Assembly: GCA_964016885.1 (NCBI GenBank) | Contig: OZ024744.1 | Span: 56,110,001-56,174,000 of the forward strand | Origin: Eledone cirrhosa | Taxonomy: Eukaryota | Direction of reading: 5' to 3' | Length of the DNA stretch: 64,000 bases | Part shown: positions 49,315 through 60,047 of the stretch, piece after piece | Numbering within the stretch: position 1 is the stretch's first letter | How the letters are laid out: each line of letters opens with the position of its first letter | Translations under genes and position numbers: made by a program | Notes under the pieces: generated by a model | Database searches by the model: none | What the model was told of the DNA's origin: nothing | Seen by the model: only the letters and a program-made list of their open reading frames with translations

Positions 49315-49548
49315 AAAGGAAAGGGGTACAAACTCTTCGTATTCCTGGAGATGAGGGTTGCACATTTTTTCGGGGGTATGTGTTACCCATATGAAATGTC
49401 TCCCCTATTGGGGAAAATCGATTAACTTTTAAATTGTATTTGTGATAGTATTTTACACGTTTTTATTGTATGTAAACTTCCCCCTTTGTATTTGTCCCCT
49501 TCTTTTGTGCCCCTATGGCTAATAAAGAAACATAAACATATCTATCTA
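49315..49548 (+). mobile_element. 5'-truncated 3'UTR fragment of an L1/Tx1-like LINE (copy 3)
   Basis: Repeats cctggagatgagggttg...ccttcttttgtgccc...gctAATAAA directly after the long copy and ends in tatctatcta. Confidence 0.87.
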
Positions 49549-49747
49549 TATCTCATTCTTTGAGAGAGTTATTTTTTGGTCTTAGTGTAATTCATTATAT
49601 TTCCATATTTTATTGAACTACTTTATTATTTTATAGTAAGGTGTGCATGTTTCTGTGTGCAGTATATGTTACATGTGTATGCTTCTATGTGATGTATGTA
49701 TATATGTATGTATGTATGTTTTTCTTGTTTTATTATTTTATATGTAA

Positions 49748-49943
49748 AAGCGGTGGATTGGCAGTATCAGAAGAACGTCAGATACCATGCTGTGCAGTAT
49801 AGAGTTATGGCCCTTTACGGCCCTAATTCAAAGACCGCCGAGGTTAACTTTGCCTTTCATTCTTACGGGGTCAATAAAATAAATCACCAGTAAAAAAATT
49901 GAGATAATTGCTGGCCTTGTGCCCAAAGTTGAAACAATTATTT
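49748..49943 (+). mobile_element. tRNA-derived SINE, family A
   Basis: Shares ccgccgaggttaactttgcctttcat...aataaa...accagt...attgctggccttgtgcc.aaagt.gaaacaattatt with five other copies in the window. Confidence 0.85.
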
Positions 49944-49984
49944 TTTAAGTATGTATGTATGTGTTACAGTTCAATATTATTATA

Positions 49985-50042
49985 ATTGCTTTACAGCATA
50001 GAGCTATGGCTCTCCACGCTCTGAGCTCAAATCCCGCCAAGG
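49985..50042 (+). mobile_element. Family A SINE fragment truncated after the B-box and fused to an RTE
   Basis: cagcatagagctatggc...ctgagctcaaatcccgccaagg matches the SINE head, then switches directly to RT-coding sequence. Confidence 0.65.
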
Positions 50043-51492
50043 GATTAGTTAGGTCTTTCCATGACGACATGAAGGCTTGGGTTAATGTTGGAGGTAACAT
50101 GTCGGAGCCTATCTCAGTAAAAAATGGAGTGAAACAGGGGGATATTCCAGCACTGACCATGTTTGCCATATACTTTGCAATGGTTTTCTGTATTGCATTC
50201 AGGAATTGCGAGCATGGTGTTTACATCCGATATCGAACCTCAGGCAGCATATTTAACATCAGGCGCTTTGCTGCAAAGACAAAAGTATTTACATCAATCA
50301 TAAGAGACCTCTTGTATGCAGATGATTGCGATCTTGTAGCACACACAGGGAGTGATATGCAGCACATTTTGAATGCATTTTCTGATGCTTGCACTGCCCT
50401 AGGATTGACTGTCAGTCTCAAGAAAACCGTCGTCATGTACCAACCTGCCCCTGGTAAGCAGTACAGTGAACCAAATATCTATGTGTATGGTAAACGACTT
50501 GGAGTGGTTGATCAGTTTGTCTACCTGGGAAGCACTGTCAATCGATACGGCAACCTTGACAGTGAAATCTCACTTAGGATTAGGAAGGCAAGTGATGCTT
50601 TCGGAAAGCTAGAAAGGCGACTCTGGGGTCGGCGAGACATATGCAAGAAGACAAAGATAAAGGTGTACAAGGCATGTGTGCTCTCTTCTCTTCTTTATGC
50701 CTGCGAGACCTGGGTCACATATCGACACCACCTTAAGCAATTGGAGCATTTCCATCAGATGTGTCTCAGACGGATCCATGGCGTTCACTGGAGGGATCAC
50801 ATCAGTGATGTCAAGATTTTGGAAAGCTCTATGTGTGACAGTATAGAAGCTCTTGTGCTTAAGCAACGACTCCGTTGGAGTGGTCACCTTGCCAGGATGA
50901 AGGATTCTAGAATACCAAAACAACTCTTTTATGGAGAGTTAGTTAAAGGAAAACGACCGCCACATAAACCAAAAGGTATAAGGATTCCTTGAAAGCCTCT
51001 TTGAAAGACGCTAACATCTCTGCTGATACATGGGAAAATATTGCTGCTGATCGTAATAAATGGAGAAAGACTGTATATGAGGGAAAAGTTGCCTTTGAGG
51101 CATCTCAAATCGCATACGAGAAAGTAAAGCAGGATGTGAGGAAGGGCATTGCTGTTACACTTCCAGACGGCGAGGGTCCTCCTATGGTGCTGACATGCAG
51201 CATCTGTGCGAGACTCTGCCTAAGCAAAGCTGGACTCGAAAGTCATCTTCACAGTCATAAAGTAAGACCAGTGGTTGACTACCAGGCTGCTGTTGGAGAT
51301 GCTACTCATCACGCTTGCCAAGCATGTGGTAGAGAATGTAAATCAGCAGGAGGGCTCAAACGACATGCAAAAGTACATGAACTCCAACCACAGCCGGCTA
51401 TTCCCAGTGAATGTTTTGGTTGCCGACTCTGTGCAAGACATTTTAGATCATTGGCTGGGTTAAACAGCCACATTCGATCGCAGCGCTGTTAG
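50043..51492 (+). pseudogene. RTE reverse transcriptase C-terminal half with three C2H2-type zinc fingers
   Basis: GVKQG, LLYADD, SLKKTVVM, FVYLGS, KVYKACVLSSLLYACETW, RLRWSGHLARM, IPKQLFYGEL. One frameshift near 50975. Fingers at 51196-51486. Confidence 0.9.
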
Positions 51493-51499
51493 TTGCTAT

Positions 51500-51645
51500 T
51501 GTGTGTGAGTGTATGTATAGATATGTTTATGTGTGTGTATATATATATATGTATATTATTATTGTTGTTGTTGTCGTTATTATTATTGTTGTTATTATTA
51601 TTATTGTTATTAATATATATGTCTGTATATATATATATATGTGTG

Positions 51646-51686
<41 letters not shown>

Positions 51687-51691
51687 TTTTT
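51500..51691. repeat. Compound (TG)/(TA)/(TTA,TTG)/(T)n microsatellite inside the RTE 3'UTR
   Basis: Read directly from the sequence. Confidence 0.9.
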
Positions 51692-51758
51692 CTCGTGCAA
51701 AGGCCATACTCGATAACGAGGGGGCAGCCATCATCATGTATGTATGTATGTATGTATG

Positions 51759-52215
51759 TTGGCCTCTAAACCTACAACCCCATCAAGATAGCTTGGTAAG
51801 GAGGGTGATATTCGAGACTCTGCGGGATGAAATACAAGACACAACAAAGGGTGGGGGAACTCAGCAGAGTCAACGGCCATCCAAATAGTACATATTTTCC
51901 CCACCTGGGAGTGAAAGGCCCTCAGTTGTTGTCACAACACCTTTCTAGGAGAAGGAAACTCAGAAAAAGAACCTGCTGCTTCAGAAGCATCCGATGATGT
52001 TGACCAGTTTTCCTTTTCGGGTAGTGTCTGCGATGCTCAGAGAGTGGGATTGGTCGAGTACAAGGCCTTTCCCCACTTAAAAAAACATTCAAAGCACAGG
52101 CATTGCTTGTTCAGGATATGTTACAGGTTCGTGTGGCTGGCCGTAGCCTAAAAGTGCACCAAACTCTATAATCTGACCAGCGATTGCAATACTCTTAGCA
52201 GAGTTTGCAGCCATT
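51759..52215 (+). mobile_element. Putative non-autonomous RTE-derived element
   Basis: No long ORF. Contains a ctaggagaaggaaactc.ga motif that I recall from RTE 5'UTRs. Its 3' end gcaatactc-ttagca-gagtttgcagccat parallels the adjacent RTE terminus gccatactc-gataac-gagggggcagccat. Confidence 0.55.
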
Positions 52216-52559
52216 ATATATGTATGTATATATGTATGTATGTGTGTATGTGTGAATGTATATATGTATGTATTTTTATGTGTCCATGTTTTATGTGTTA
52301 AAGACATATACACCAGTCTTTGTGTGACCTACATCACAATATAATTTTTTTTTTTATTAGTATTTCCAAATATTCATAATGTATTCAATAAGTAGTAAGA
52401 AAATATATGAAATAAATTAGCAAAAATTTTTTAAACTTTTTTTCAAACATCCTCAAGACTTTATAGGTAAAAAAGACATTTTTGTTTTAATTCCTCAGTT
52501 TTGTTTACAATTTTTTTAGTGCATGATTTAGAAAGTGGTAGATGACGTAGAATCTCACA

Positions 52560-53290
52560 GCAATGATTAGATTTCTACTGTTAATAATCCAGAAATTGTT
52601 GAAAGAAGTAATCAAGAAACTTCAATGTGCATAAAAAGATGAAACCCTATCACTCACAACAATTTGCCATTGGATTGGGTGTTTTAGCTTTCGGTAATAA
52701 AATGTCAGGCAGACCAACTGAAATGAGAGAAAAGGCTACAGAAAATACAAAAAAAAATCATCTTTTCTGAGTGAAAAATTATAATCCAAGACCTTTTTTT
52801 TTCAACTTAACATCAGCATCAGACAAGTTCATATAATTCTGGTGAATTGTGGCATTGGAAAGCTGTGTTCGAAATTCATGCCACAGTCTTTGACATGCAA
52901 AAGTGTGACAACAGGATGCCAGGCCTGTGGAAACAACTTCAACATTCTGAATGAATATGGTTGAACATTTATTGAAAAAATATTGTCACCATTGATGAAA
53001 CTCCTCTTAGTCTATACTTACCTGAATCAAAATGAGACTCCAAAAAATAAAAATTTCCATGTGAAAAACAACTGCATCAAGATAATTAAGAAATAGATAC
53101 TTGCAGTTTTCTGGCATTACTTGGGCATTGTATCAATTTATTTTATTGATAGAAGTGTCTCATGAAATTCTAATTATAACAGTAACCTGATGGAAGACTG
53201 CAGAAAAACGTGGAGGAAGAAGAAGAGAAATGTTTCAACTGTGTTTCTGCAAGACAACGTACCAATTCATAAAAGTGCTCAAATAATTTA
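52560..53290 (+). pseudogene. Degraded mariner-family transposase remnant
   Basis: Manual translation gives SGRP (~52706), KLCSKFMPQSL (~52859, WVPHEL-like), IVTIDETPLSLYLPESK (52982, first catalytic D) and FLQDNVPIHKS (53244, HDNAxxH-like). Many stops. Confidence 0.8.
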
Positions 53291-53299
53291 TATAGGAAC

Positions 53300-53760
53300 C
53301 CTTTAAAATGTCCATGCTAGCATGGTTTAGATGAGTTGTTACATGGTGAGACAAGTTAGATCAGATGACCGAGTCTTGTTCATACAGAACTGATTTTAGG
53401 TTGGTTTCTATGGCTGGATGCCCTTCCTAATGCCAACCCCATTTACAGTGAGTACTGGGTGCTTTTTGTCGTGATACCTACACAACTACTTTACAGTGTG
53501 GACTGGGTGCTTCTTGTCATGTCACCAACACAATCATTTTACAGTGTGGACTGAGTGCTTTTTGTTGTGTCATCAAAACAACCACTTTACAGTGTGGAGT
53601 GGGCGCTTTTTGTCGTGTCACCAAAATGACCACCTTACTGTGTGGACTGAGAGCTGGAGAGGGAGAGGTGCATGGGGATTGTAGATCTAGGATGCACTGG
53701 TGAAGGGTTGGGGTATCGGGTCATGGATGAAAGGTGGAGTGTTAGGATGTGGGAAGTTAA
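53300..53760 (-). mobile_element. RTE family-B 3'UTR remnant containing a ~50-bp minisatellite (4-5 copies, 53441-53650)
   Basis: ccatgctagcatgg and ggatgcccttcctaatgccaacc motifs are shared with the RTE at 58141-59056. Repeat unit tttacagtgtggactgggtgctttttgtcgtgtcacc... Confidence 0.7.
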
Positions 53761-53906
53761 TGGAAGGGGGAGGGTAAGGTCATGGAAAATAGTGCATACT
53801 AGATGAATCAAATAGGTTAATCCTTTAGTGATCATATTACTAATAGAAAATCATTGTATTTGAATTAAATTATTTAGAAGTATATATTAAAGTTAATAAC
53901 TGTCTT

Positions 53907-54127
53907 GGCAGTGGTTTAGTACTATCAGTAGAATATCAGACGATATCACATGATGTGCGGTATAGTTACATCCTTTTACATTCTGAGTTCAAATCCCACC
54001 AAGGTTAGCTTTTCTTACGGGATCAATAAAATAAAGTACCAATAATGCAATGTGGTTGATTTAATCAACTTCCCCCACACCAACAAAAAAATTATTTGCC
54101 TTGTGCCAAAATCAGAAACCATTATTA
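53907..54127 (+). mobile_element. tRNA-derived SINE, family A (older, longer variant)
   Basis: B-box-like gagttcaaatccc, aataaaataaagtacca, gccttgtgccaaaatcagaaaccattatt. Confidence 0.8.
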
Positions 54128-54203
54128 AAATGATATTTATAACATAACTTAACACAAGGTTCTTGTATGAAATTATGGAAGATTTCAATTCATATAGAAA
54201 CCC

Positions 54204-54420
54204 TTTACTCCTTTACCATTTACATTACTCTATATATACTATTGTATTTTCACAGTAAAGGCTTTATCCCACATAATACCGAATCTTTGAGATTTTTATA
54301 TAGTTTATTTTGAGAACAATATCTTAACATAGGTATGAGCAGCCGGTTACGGCTGGTTTGAACAGAAAGAGGATAGAGAATTCTGGTCGGATACGGCCGG
54401 TTTAAATGCTAAAGGATTAA
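54204..54420. mobile_element. Putative MITE with TTAA-CCC-type (piggyBac-like) termini
   Basis: Right end aatgctaaaggattaa; degenerate left end ttactcctttaccatt. The same terminus recurs inverted at 57171-57202 (ttaaccctatagcatttaaaccggctgtatcc). Confidence 0.5.
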
Positions 54421-54825
54421 AGATGGTGGTTTGGTTGCATAAAACCAGAAGCAGCTTTGGGTAGGTTGATATCAGATTAAAGTTGTCAATTCTCAAGACA
54501 AACACTTCACAATAAGACGAAAAAAAAACATTTTAAAAAATAGCTTAGTCATGAGTAGACATGACTGTTGAAATTTTTTTGTTTGATTAACCCATTTCCT
54601 TTCATCGTTATAGTCTACGCTACTCAATAATTTAGTTGATAGAACTATGTATTGACATTTACTTTGATCAACTTACATGCACACACATACACATGCATAC
54701 ATGTACACATACATGTACATACACACACATATACACTCACTGACATGCACATATATACATTTGCACAAAGTTACACACTCCGAAGCACTTAATTATCTGC
54801 CCATAATAGAACATGCATATAAAAT

Positions 54826-55060
54826 TTGTTGCTGCTGGTACTGCTGTTGTTGTTGTTGTTATTGTTGATGTTGTTGCTGCTGCTACTGTTGCTGCTGATG
54901 TTGCTACTTCTGCTTCTATTGTTGATGATGATGATGATGGCAACCATGACACTGACGGTCATATTAATGATGGTGGTGGTGGTGGTGGTGGTGGTTGTGG
55001 TAGCGGCGATGACTATGATGATAACGGTGACGATGATGATGATAACGAGAATGATGATAA
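54826..55060. repeat. Compound trinucleotide microsatellite (GTT/GCT/GAT/GGT)
   Basis: Read directly; a (CA)/(ACAT) tract precedes it at 54676-54760. Confidence 0.9.
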
Positions 55061-55282
55061 GTCTACCAGGTGACCGTGAGTAGGTTAATTAATTGTTACT
55101 TCCTACCTACAATTATCAAAGAATCATTTAACCATTATTCTAGCAGACAGGACAACTTTCTTATTGTTGGAGGACATGTTGTTCTAATGTAGAATTTAAA
55201 AACATGTGGTTCCTATTTCACTTCTTTTGACATCAAACTTGCCCTGGTTCTATGAAAAAAAGCAGTTTATTTTAAAGAGCTT

Positions 55283-55720
55283 ATCATCATCATCAGCAGC
55301 AGCAGCAACAACATCACCAACATCACCATTATCATATTTACATTATGTCCATTTTTTTTTCATGCTTGCATGGGTTGGACAGGTCTTATTCAGCACAGCA
55401 TCCCTCCACTCATCACGATCCTTCATCATCCCTTCTGTGAGCTTCAATAATTTGGAATCAGCTCTGCCCAGGTCCTCCTTAGTCATCCTCTACTGCAGCT
55501 TCCTTCCACTGTAATTTCTTGGCAATTCTTAATCCAACATTTGCCATCCATAGACATCACATGTCTGTTGTAGCAGCACAGTTTTCTCTCTTGCTCATCA
55601 CATAATTGCTGATTACCCATAAACCTAGATTTTCTCACAGTTCCTCCATATGCTTCATCGTTCATGCACACTGACATTGCACATTCATCAGAGCATGCTT
55701 GCATCATTTCCCTCCAATTT
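55283..55720 (-). mobile_element. Degraded RTE family-B 3' remnant
   Basis: Minus-strand ERKLCCYNRHVMSMDGKCWIKNCQEITVEGSCSRG aligns with ERRLRWYGHVMRMKDDSCITKCRAIKIDGSHGVG of the 58650..59048 ORF. Terminal catgcttgcatgggttggac motif and (ATC)n tail. Confidence 0.75.
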
Positions 55721-56234
55721 GATGGTGGTGGTGGTGGCAACAGTGAGGGGTGAAAGGAGATGGGGGAAATTGATGACAATGACAAAGAAGGCAATTGGAC
55801 ATTCCTATGATGCAAGCTACTGTGAACTACAAACCAGATTTATGAATGGAGCAAAGTCCCTGATACCAGACATGCAAAGGATGATATGATGGTGGAATAG
55901 TACAATAGGTGGAGCCATAAACATCGAGAGGCACGCCTGGGAAGTGTGAAGGTAACTGAGGTGGGGAGTTAAGGAACAGTACCAGGTAGTTAGAAGATAA
56001 TCTAGATATCAGGTATTATTAGCAGAACTTATTGCCAAGTATTGGGGTGGTCATTGGCATTTCCTTCTGTGCAAAATGTGTCGTATGTTGGATCTGAAGA
56101 GATGTCCGCATTTACCGCATGGTAGGGTAGGAAGGTTCATGGGGTGGAGGGCTCTGGCTTTTCTTTCGGCTCTCTTTGTCTCTTTTATTTACTTTCTGGT
56201 GTTTTCAAAGGATATCATGTATATATAACAAGAA

Positions 56235-56435
56235 TAGGGTGGGCTGAAAAGTTCATAGGATGACTATGAAGGAACGATGCTAGAGCTGTGAAATCTTGCA
56301 TGCATTAATTTCAACTCTTCTCATTAACTCTTCGCATTGTTACTTTTCAGAGACTATGTTGAAAAATAAACCTCAGATGGTCATTTCATGAGAGTATTTT
56401 AGTCAGCCTATGAACTTTTCAGCCGACCCCCGTTA
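56235..56435. mobile_element. Mariner-type MITE, about 200 bp
   Basis: ~29-bp terminal inverted repeats: gggtgggctgaaaagttcataggatgact (56237-56265) and agtcagcctatgaacttttcagccgaccc (56401-56429). Confidence 0.85.
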
Positions 56436-56659
56436 GCAAGGGTGTGAAAATATGAGGTTTACTAATGTTCTATGCCATGAGGGACCAAGTGCTGGATTAA
56501 GTCCTTTTGAGGCCCAAAGCACTTTAAAAACTGACCCCCCACCTCCTTCATAATATATAAAATTTGTAAAGAACTTTTTTTTTTAAATTACTAATATATT
56601 TAATTTGAATAAAAAGGTGCCCTTTCATGCTTATTTTTCTTAATGGTTAATCCACCTCT

Positions 56660-56732
56660 GTGAGGACCAGCAGTATGTTCTGGATTGCTAGGCAATAAAT
56701 CAGTGAAAATCAGGATGTTGTTGGCAAAAAGT
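56660..56732 (+). mobile_element. Possible short old RTE ORF fragment
   Basis: Translates as WIARQ*ISENQDVVGKK, which resembles the RTE inter-domain region as I recall it. Short match only. Confidence 0.35.
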
Positions 56733-56909
56733 ACCAAATATGGAAATATAACAGCACTTTCTTCCTCACCAAAAGACCGAAGAAATGATATAACCAAAAG
56801 ACCAAAAGAAATGATTCTACAAACAGCCGCTGAGCAAAGAAGATGTCTTGGAGAAAAGAGATGTTTTTCTATTTGAACTTGATAAATGGACTGACTATTG
56901 AGGTTAGAT

Positions 56910-57170
56910 GGAGGTGTGTGGCTTAGTGGTAAGGGTGTTGGACTTATGATCATAATGTTGAGAGTTCAATTCTTGGGCTGGGTTGCATGTTGTGTTGTGT
57001 TCTTGAGCAAAACACTTCATTTCACGTTGCTCCACTGAAAATGAGTACCAGCAATAGCTGGGGGTTTAACCCTGCGATGGACTGGCGTCTTGTCCAGAAG
57101 GGAGTCTTGTACTCTCAGTTGCTTCATGCCATGAAATCGGGATAAGCATCAGCCTACCAAACCTTCTGGC
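56910..57170 (+). mobile_element. tRNA-derived SINE, family B (CORE-like body)
   Basis: Pol III A-box TGGCTTAGTGG (56919-56929), B-box GTTCAATTC (56964-56972), CORE-like tgtgttcttgagcaaaacactt, and 3' body aaccctgcgatggactggcgtc. Confidence 0.8.
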
Positions 57171-57198
57171 TTAACCCTATAGCATTTAAACCGGCTGT

Positions 57199-59147
57199 AT
57201 CCAGGGATCTGTTCTTGGCCCCCTTTTGTTTGTGGCATATATTAATGACATAGATGCCAACTTAAGGAATGCCACAGTACTAAAGTACGCAGACAACATC
57301 AAGCTGTACCTGGAGATAAAAAAGACAGATCCTGAACACTATAGATCTTGCTTGCAGTCTGACCTGGACACAATGCAACAGTGGATCTCAGACTGGCAAC
57401 TCAAGCTAGCTGTGGACAAGTGCACCACCATGCATTTTGGGAGTAAAAACCCAGCGTCCACATACTCCCTCTACAGCACTAATATCAAGAAGTCTTCCTG
57501 TGAACGTGACCTAGGCATTACGGTCAGCAGCGATTTGCGTTGGACGAGGCACGTCTCTAAAATTGTCAAGAGGGCCGAGGGTGTCTTAGCATCACTCAGC
57601 AAGACCTTTGTCAGCCGCTCTCCAGATATCTATTTAAGGCTGTATACAGCTATGGTGCGACCACACTTAGAATTTGCATCACCAGTCTGGAACCCCTATC
57701 TTGCTCAGGACATTGACCGCCTGGAAACTGTTCAGAGACGTGCAACCAAGCGAATACCCTCCATCAGGCATCTACCATACTCTGAGCGCCTTGCTTCCCT
57801 GGGCATGGATTCATTGAAGCTCCGACACCTGGCAACTGACTTGGTAAACACCCACAAAATTGTTAACCATGTTGCCAACAACAACCCTGAGTACCTTTTC
57901 GATTTCCATGTGTCTAACACATGTGGACATGCCCACAAAGTAAAAAAACAGCACAGTTCCCATGACTTTCGGAAACATTTTTTCACGTTCAGAGTTGCTG
58001 AAGCATGGAACAAACTACCTGCATCAGTTGTTAGCTGTCGAGACACTGCATCCTTTAAGGCCTCCATGCTTCCCGAGATCCGCCAACAGAACAGCTAACA
58101 CATATACACATGTACTTCCCTGACATTTGTGTATTATTCTATCATCATCATCATCATCATCATCAGGTTTAGCGTCCGTGTTCCACGCTTGCATGGGTTT
58201 GGACGGGGGTTTTCCCACTTGAGGCAAGAGTGGTTGTCTTGCTCGCATAGGACTGTCTGGCGGGTTTTCTACAGTTGGATGCCCTTCCTAACACCAACCA
58301 CATTTACAGTGTGGGGCTGGGAGGTTTTTACCGTGTTGCCTACACGGCCACATTACAGCGTGGACTGTCTGGCGGGTTTTCTACAGCTGGATGCCCTTCC
58401 TAACACCAACCACATTTACAGTGTGGGGCTGGGAGGTTTTTACCGTGTTGCCTACACGGCCACATTTACAGCGTGGACTGTGTGTTTTTTGTCGTGACAC
58501 CTACACGATCTCATTTGTTTCGGCCTGGATGTTGTGGGACCAACATAACTTTACATTGAAAGGGGCGGTGTGGGTGGGGTGGAGGTGGTGGGACGGGGGT
58601 GTGTTTTGATAGAGATGCCTACTGACTGTAGTAGGTTTTTACTTTGTATTTAGGTAAGGCGGGTCTTCTCTATTACTGAGTACCGCCAAAGGTCTCGGTC
58701 CAGTGACATTGTCTTGGAGAGGTGTAAGCGTGTGAGGTCGGAATTTATCAGCTCGTCCCATGTTTTTCTGGGTCTGCCTACTCCGTGGCTACCGTCTATC
58801 TTTATTGCCCTGCACTTTGTTATACAGCTGTCGTCTTTCATGCGCATCACGTGACCGTACCAACGTAGCCTTCTCTCGAGTAAACAACATCTGATCCCTC
58901 TTATTTCTAATTTTTTCCTTAGTTCGTTTATGCTTTGCCGTTCACGTATATTACTATTGCACATCCAGCGGAGCATGCAAGCTTCGTTCCTCTCTAGTCT
59001 GCGTATATCCTCTGCACACAATGCCCAGGTCTCACTGCCATGCAGCATTGCTGTTACTATGTACTATATTATGCATTCTATGTACTATATTAACGAGTTG
59101 TAGTGCACCTGAGCACTTTACACAATAATTTCATTATTATTATTATT
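57199..59147 (+). mobile_element. 5'-truncated CR1-clade LINE; 3'UTR interrupted by an antisense RTE
   Basis: QGSVLGPLLFVAYIND, YADNIKL, ERDLGI, VRPHLEFASPVWNP, FFTFRVAEAWNKLP; stop at 58098. The 3'UTR appears to resume near 59057 and ends in (ATT)n. Confidence 0.88.
58141..59056 (-). mobile_element. 5'-truncated RTE family-B LINE
   Basis: AMLHGSETW...MLRWMC...RLRWYGHVMR...GRPRKTW...DRDLWR (58650..59048). 3'UTR has a ~110-bp internal duplication (58250-58478), a terminal hairpin cgtcc...ggacg and a (GAT)n tail. Confidence 0.9.
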
Positions 59148-59152
59148 TTTTA

Positions 59153-59352
59153 GAGGGCGGTGGATTGGTAGTATTGGTAGAGGGTCAGACGCCATGCTTT
59201 CCAGCATAGTTACGTCCCTTTACGATCTGAGTTCAAATCCCGCCGAGGTTGACTTTGCCTTTCATCCTTACGGCGTCGATAAAATAAAGTACCAGTAAGA
59301 CACTGGGTAATTGCTGGCCTTGTGCCTAAAGTAGAAACAATTATTATTATTA
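59153..59352 (+). mobile_element. tRNA-derived SINE, family A, inserted at the CR1 (ATT)n tail
   Basis: B-box gagttcaaatccc near 59229 and a full family-A body. Flanked by ttattattatttt(t/a)taga on both sides, a probable target-site duplication. Confidence 0.88.
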
Positions 59353-60047
59353 TTTTATAGAATTCTCTCACCGCTTTCTGTTCAAATGGGCTGTAATCGG
59401 CCGCTCATAGTGATGTTAAGGTATTGTCCTCAAAATAAATAATATCAAAATCTCATAGACTTGATATCATGTGTGATAATTATGTGAAGTAAAGACTTTA
59501 CCATGAAAATATAATAGTATATATTGAGTAATGTAAATGGTAAAGGGTTCAGACAGACTGTGATATGGTAAACATGACCAGCTCATCAGGAATAGCTGTT
59601 AAGATGCTGAAAATATCTGGTAAAGTAGGATATATCTTGTTTTCTTATATAGTCAATCGTGTAATTTAATTAGGTGCTGAGGTGACACAACTATTAGGCC
59701 AATTTGCCAGCAACATAAGGCAGTTTATATAATTATTTTTAATAACTAAATTGAATATATAATATTCTCCTGTAGTCAATAACTTAATTGTTAAACATCT
59801 TTGCTATATAGCAGCATTGTAAAAATATCAAAAGTAGTGTAAAGGGTTGTATACTGTTATGACCTGTTACATGATTTGTCATGGGTGCATGTAGACTGTG
59901 TAGTGGAACATTCAGGCTTAATGTGATCAGAGCATGACATGCATAACTAGGAAGAAGGAGTGCATATTGTAGAGGACTAGTTTAGGGCACTGAAAACCCA
60001 GGCACTGACCCTTGTTAGATGTTATTTGCCAAGTAGTGGCAAAGCAA

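Larger units (their letters stand above)
50043..51737 (+). mobile_element. 5'-truncated RTE-clade (BovB-like) LINE
   Basis: RT motifs, a microsatellite-filled 3'UTR, and a 3' hairpin ctcg-ataa-cgag followed by gcagccatcatc. Confidence 0.9.

Noticed and set aside
43968-49548. LTR retrotransposon (direct repeats flanking gag/pol)
   Set aside because: The repeats are 3'UTR copies ending in AATAAA with different 5' truncations. ORF2 has an APE endonuclease, and no protease, integrase, PBS or TG..CA ends are seen.
50989-51492. Host C2H2 zinc-finger gene
   Set aside because: It is contiguous, through one frameshift, with the RTE RT. It begins with typical RTE C-terminal sequence (WENIAADRNKWR) and lacks TGEKP linkers.
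56600-56953. 117-aa hydrophobic minus-strand ORF as a host exon
   Set aside because: It starts inside a SINE head, overlaps a probable RTE remnant on the other strand, and has no recognisable domain.
56910-56980. tRNA gene
   Set aside because: A and B boxes are present, but there is no convincing cloverleaf and the sequence continues into a SINE body.
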